Assembly: GCA_963718875.1 (NCBI GenBank)
Contig: OY970378.1
Span: 872,265 to 936,264 of the forward strand
Reading direction: 5' to 3'
From: Candidatus Parcubacteria bacterium
GTDB lineage: Bacteria; Patescibacteriota; Saccharimonadia; UBA4664; JBIOIQ01
DNA length: 64,000 nt
The notes under the pieces: generated by a model
The model's database searches: none
The model's input: the letters and a program-made list of their open reading frames with translations, nothing else
What the model was told of the DNA's origin: nothing
Translations under genes and position numbers: made by a program
Shown here: piece by piece, positions 60,163-64,000 of the stretch
Layout: the number at the start of each line of letters is the position of its first letter
How positions within the stretch are numbered: position 1 is the first letter of the stretch

Positions 60163-60468
60163 TTAGGATAGTTTGGCAATTATTAGCGCTTGGATTTGCT
60201 GGCGCTGGAGTGGGCCAAAGGAGCGGCTATCGGTGCTTTGGGTAAGATTGTCACCTTCAAGCCACACAGTGTTAGCATAAATTTTTGTAATGCGTTTAAT
60301 AATTGTGCGTTCCGAAGTTGCTGCAACTACCACTTGGCCAACTTTAAAGCGCGACCATCTTGCCCCAAGCAAAACATCGCCGGAATTATAGGCTGGAAGC
60401 ATGCTGCCACCCTGGACTCGGTAAAGTTTTACCGGAAACCACTTCATATAGTTCCTCGCTGACGACAA
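60163..60468 (-). CDS. sodX: Nickel-SOD maturation protease (S26-like)
   Basis: GGSMLP, IKRI, GDN...STDSRSFG. Adjacent to sodN. Confidence 0.88.
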   Translation of the reverse strand: MSSARNYMKWFPVKLYRVQGGSMLPAYNSGDVLLGARWSRFKVGQVVVAATSERTIIKRITKIYANTVWLEGDNLTQSTDSRSFGPLQRQQIQALIIAKLS

Positions 60469-60864
60469 TTATGTTTTGGTTTCGGCAAAGACGGTGGCTA
60501 TCTCGTCTATCAGATCTAGTAGCTTTTGACCTTCAGCAGGATCAACCGTTTTTTTGGTAGTACCCGCTTGTTTGGTGGCGCGCCAAAATAAATCGTGCAG
60601 CTGGGGGTATTTTTCCACATGTTCTGGCTTAAAATAGTCGGTCCACAATACCCATAAATGATGTTTTACTAATTCCGCCCGAGTCTCTTTGATGATAATA
60701 GCCCGCACTTTGTCCTCGGTACTTAAACCATCGTATTTTTCCATAATTTTCGCGATTGACTCGGCTTCGATGCGTGCCTGGGCAGGGTCGTATACACCAC
60801 ATGGCAGGTCACAATGGGCATAAACTGTTTGGGCCGGCAGTTTTGCAATTAGCTGTTTGATCAT
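60469..60864 (-). CDS. sodN: Nickel superoxide dismutase
   Basis: Ni-hook HCDLPCGVYDPA after a short leader, LWTDYFK. Confidence 0.97.
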   Translation of the reverse strand: MIKQLIAKLPAQTVYAHCDLPCGVYDPAQARIEAESIAKIMEKYDGLSTEDKVRAIIIKETRAELVKHHLWVLWTDYFKPEHVEKYPQLHDLFWRATKQAGTTKKTVDPAEGQKLLDLIDEIATVFAETKT

Positions 60865-60988
60865 AGGGTCTCCTTCATAACTACTTCTAGGTTACCATGG
60901 TTTGTCCCATCCCGAGAGGTACGCACCGATAACGTGGTCAGAGACTGGGGGCTTGAATCGGAGAGTTAGCATAAGTACAATATAAACC

Positions 60989-62083
60989 ATGAGCATAATG
61001 GTGGATGGTTTGGCCCCGCGTGGAGCAGTCTTTACTCCTACTTTGAAGTCGGCAAGGCTGCCGCTTGGCCAAGCCCTTAGTGAAAAAACTTTGCGACCAC
61101 TTTTACTAGATTTGCGCCCTCCTCAAACACCAATTCAGGCGGCTGTAGCAGAGACTGTTTGGCCTAGCGCACCAGCAGCCGCACTTCCTATCCCCGCCCG
61201 CAAACCGCTGTCGGGGCTAGCGTGGGTATTAGCGGGCGGAGTTAGTGCGGCAATTCTTGGGAGTACGGTGATAAGTGCGGCTAAAGCCATTAATTCACCC
61301 GTTCAAGCAAAAGTGGCGCCAGCGGCAGCTGTTGCGACCACACCTGCACCGACGGCTGCGGCTCAAGCTCCAGCGCCAGTTTTTAGCGTCACTTCGGCCC
61401 AGATACAATCGTTGTTAAATGACTTTGCTGCTAGCGCTGGCTCGCCAGTTTATTTGGCGGTAAAAGATCTTAAGACTGGCCAGGGTGCGGCGGTAGCATC
61501 AGACCAAACTATTACCAGCGCCAGCTTATACAAGCTGTTTGTTGCCCATGGCATATACACTTTGGTCGACTCAGGCAAATTAAATTTTTCGAGCATAGTT
61601 CCAGGAACAGGCAGCAACGTTAGTAATTGTTTGAAAGCTATGATTACGGTTTCGGATAATGCTTGCGGCGAAGCCATGGAAGGCATGCTTGGAGATAGCC
61701 GATATAATCCAACGCTGGCTCAGTATGGATTTACACATACTCGATTTGATTACCCCACCGTTACAAGCGCTAATGACGTTGCTATTTTACTTGAGCGGTT
61801 GTACAACTCAACTCTGTTGAGCCCTAATGCAACCCAATATTTTACTGATCTCTTAAAGTCTCAGCGCGTCAATAATCGCCTACCTCAAGGCCTACCGGCT
61901 GGAACAACTATTGCCCATAAAACTGGAGATGTGTTTGGGCTCGTACATGATGCGGGGATTGTTTATGGGCCAAAAACTGATTATGTGGTGGTTATGATGA
62001 GTGGACCTTGGAAAAATACAGGGGCTGCGCCGGCTAAATTTGCTGAGCTTTCCAGCAAGCTTTATACACTGTTTAATCAATAA
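60989..62083 (+). CDS. Class A beta-lactamase-fold serine hydrolase, membrane-anchored
   Basis: SLYK (SxxK), SDN, HKTG, HDAGIV. Confidence 0.9.
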   Translation: MSIMVDGLAPRGAVFTPTLKSARLPLGQALSEKTLRPLLLDLRPPQTPIQAAVAETVWPSAPAAALPIPARKPLSGLAWVLAGGVSAAILGSTVISAAKAINSPVQAKVAPAAAVATTPAPTAAAQAPAPVFSVTSAQIQSLLNDFAASAGSPVYLAVKDLKTGQGAAVASDQTITSASLYKLFVAHGIYTLVDSGKLNFSSIVPGTGSNVSNCLKAMITVSDNACGEAMEGMLGDSRYNPTLAQYGFTHTRFDYPTVTSANDVAILLERLYNSTLLSPNATQYFTDLLKSQRVNNRLPQGLPAGTTIAHKTGDVFGLVHDAGIVYGPKTDYVVVMMSGPWKNTGAAPAKFAELSSKLYTLFNQ

Positions 62084-62085
62084 GC

Positions 62086-62393
62086 TTATAATCGCTCTCT
62101 TAAAAGCTGTTCAATAATTTGAATACTCCCCCTCTCAACCTGGAGCCACCGTCTTCCTCTAGAAGTAAGTCGATATTTGACTTGTTTAGAATCGGATTGA
62201 GCTGATTCTATTAACCCGATTTGAACAAGCCGCGGCAACTCACGATAAACAGCCCTATCATAAACAAATATGGTACCCATACTGTCATCGGCCATTTTTT
62301 TGTAAATTCCGTAGCCGTGATTTTCTCCCGCCAACAAGGAGGCTAATAAATACGTAACGAAAAGTCGCCTTTCGGTCATGGAGCCCCTTATCA
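62086..62393 (-). CDS. PadR-family transcriptional regulator
   Basis: LASL...HGYGI...VY..L.RL...GLI...Y.LT..G. Start estimated. Confidence 0.85.
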
Positions 62394-62404
62394 TTTTTCG
62401 TATA

Positions 62405-62598
62405 ACTACCGCCAAACTGACAGTACCCAACTATTTTAGTGAATAGAGGTCGAACAGGCAACATTTGGACATTTCTTTAAGTCAATTTGCGGTTAACTAA
62501 ATGGAGGCAGACAGAACCTGCTCTGATTGTTTTAGAGAAGAAATTAATTTTGGGTGCTCAGTTTTTTATATTTTCACTACTGACAAAATGGCGGTAGT
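62405..62598. repeat. 194-bp segment bounded by an inverted repeat related to 6350-6546
   Basis: ACTACCGCCAAACTGACAGTA (62405-62425) / TACTGACAAAATGGCGGTAGT (62578-62598), 17/21 complementary. Confidence 0.75.
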
Positions 62599-62804
62599 CT
62601 GGAAAAAGACGCACCCCAAAGGTGTATATAAGTTCGTCTCATATAAGCAGGCGTTTCGGGATTCACGGAAAAATAGGTTAAATGGATACATATTATAAAG
62701 AAGTTTTGTTTTTTTGCATCCTTCTACCCGCTTATGCTCGCGACCAAGAGCGTTTTTGAGCTATAATTACGTGGCAGTTTTTCCGTTCGTTAAAAAGGAG
62801 CCCC

Positions 62805-63407
62805 TTGCCCCACGACCACGAAAGCCACGATCGCTTGCCGATCGGGGCCGGTCTGGTTCTGATCGCCTGGGCGACCTGCCAGTTTATTGCCAACCTACAT
62901 CTGCACAGCAGTTTGTTGACTGCTGCGGTGTACCATAATCTGCTCGATGGCCTAATCGCTTTGATCGCAACCGGTCTTGATAGCGTTGGGGACCGATTAC
63001 GACAACGCCATTGGGCAAAAAACGTGTCCCCTATTTCTACTCTGTCGCTTTACCTATTGATTGTTATCCTCATTGGGCACAGCGTGATAGGCGAGCCCCC
63101 GACCAGGTTTACTTGGGGTTTGGCAGTTCTCGAGACGCTGGACATTTTTGTAAACCTAGGTGTTCGGATGTGGGCAAGATCAAGCAAGTCCAGTTTGGCT
63201 CAAGCTCTGGGGCTGCACCTTCTGCTTGATTCGATGGTGGCACCAACAATCCTTGTGATGAGCCTACTACCAATAGGTAAACTATACACAGGAAGTACCT
63301 ATCTTTTGGTAGGAGGAATAGCAGCTCTTGTGATATCCGAAGCCCGCGAAGCTACGCGTGAACTCCACCTTCACTGGGAAGCCAATTGTCGAGACCGAGA
63401 TCACTAA
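62805..63407 (+). CDS. Divergent cation diffusion facilitator (CDF)-like membrane protein
   Basis: His-rich start, HNLLD and HLLLD (HxxxD) motifs, AAGGAG RBS, hairpin at 63407-63451. Confidence 0.6.
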   Translation: MPHDHESHDRLPIGAGLVLIAWATCQFIANLHLHSSLLTAAVYHNLLDGLIALIATGLDSVGDRLRQRHWAKNVSPISTLSLYLLIVILIGHSVIGEPPTRFTWGLAVLETLDIFVNLGVRMWARSSKSSLAQALGLHLLLDSMVAPTILVMSLLPIGKLYTGSTYLLVGGIAALVISEAREATRELHLHWEANCRDRDH

Positions 63408-63457
63408 GAACCCCGACCCCCAACGCCCAAAGCGTTGAAGGTCGGGGTTCTGCCCTT

Positions 63458-64000
63458 TTACTTTAATAAATCGGGGCGATTTTTGGCAGTTTTAGCCTTT
63501 GCTGCCTCAGCTCGCCATTTGGCAATCTCAGCATGATTGCCGTTTTGGAGTACTTTGGGCACGGCCATGCCATTGAACTCAATTGGACGGGTATATTGGG
63601 GATAATCGAGTTGACCATTGGCTGATTTACTAAATGATTCGTCCCGCGCGCTTGCCTGGCCACCCAGAACGCCAGGAATGAGCCTTACAACCGCATCAAC
63701 CACCACCATAGCTGGCAGCTCTCCTCCAGTTAAAACGTAGTCGCCGATGGAAAGTTCGTAGTCGGCTAAGCTTAAAATGCGTTCGTCAAACCCTTCATAA
63801 TGGCCGGCTACTAGAATTAGCTTTGGTTCCTGGGCTAGTTCCTCAGCCAGTTTTTGGTTAAATGGCTGTCCCTGGGGACTGAGGACAATAACTTTTGAGT
63901 TGTGAGCGCTGCCTTCTGGATTAAAAGTCAGACTTACATCTTTGATGCTGGAAGGATCTGGATTAGAAGTCTGACTTTGAGTCCGAATCGCCTCAATTGC
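63458..64000 (-). CDS. trmD: tRNA (guanine-N1)-methyltransferase, 5'-truncated by the window edge
   Basis: [43 protein letters not shown]. Confidence 0.97.
   Translation of the reverse strand, partial: AIEAIRTQSQTSNPDPSSIKDVSLTFNPEGSAHNSKVIVLSPQGQPFNQKLAEELAQEPKLILVAGHYEGFDERILSLADYELSIGDYVLTGGELPAMVVVDAVVRLIPGVLGGQASARDESFSKSANGQLDYPQYTRPIEFNGMAVPKVLQNGNHAEIAKWRAEAAKAKTAKNRPDLLK

Noticed and set aside
60989-62083. Antibiotic-resistance beta-lactamase
   Set aside because: It has the fold motifs, but the Omega-loop region is short with no evident E166, and it is membrane-anchored. More likely a cell-wall-related hydrolase.
1-64000. CRISPR array or integron with integrase
   Set aside because: No regularly spaced repeats, cas genes or tyrosine recombinase seen. 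The repeats are dispersed palindromes.
1-64000. Alternative genetic code (TGA or TAG recoding)
   Set aside because: Conserved genes end normally at TGA, TAG and TAA and use TGG for Trp. In-frame stops are isolated.

Overview
Bacterial chromosomal window, standard genetic code. It is most likely from a Patescibacteria/CPR organism (Saccharibacteria-like). That is an inference from the giant 'INFQGRL' surface protein, the cyo/NiSOD gene set, many apparently leaderless genes and many small ORFans. 1-18.5 kb is a minus-strand cell-surface cluster: five pilin/WxL-like subunits ending in a shared G-x-Y-x-x-x-V-x-Y-T strand (one carries an inserted LamG domain, two are frameshifted), four membrane-anchored DUF916-like partners, two cohesin proteins and one dockerin protein. 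An intact IS1595-family element and several palindromic repeats interrupt it. Next come uppS and a cytochrome bo3 quinol oxidase locus (cyoE, cyoABCD), in which cyoD is fused to a cupredoxin-like domain. About 32 kb of small accessory genes follow (transporters, VOC, NUDIX, hydrolases, self-contained ORFans, an IS200 remnant). The window ends with tRNA-Gln(CTG) and its tRNA-derived repeats, a GIY-YIG gene, sodN/sodX, a beta-lactamase-fold protein, padR, a CDF-like protein and partial trmD. The most notable signals are the usher-less and sortase-less pilin-like/cohesin-dockerin cluster, two ~195-bp segments 56 kb apart bounded by related inverted repeats, palindromic elements inserted in frame in three proteins, and tRNA copies with a T-loop hairpin insertion. 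All family names come from motif recognition by eye, not from database searches. No CRISPR array or rRNA was seen.
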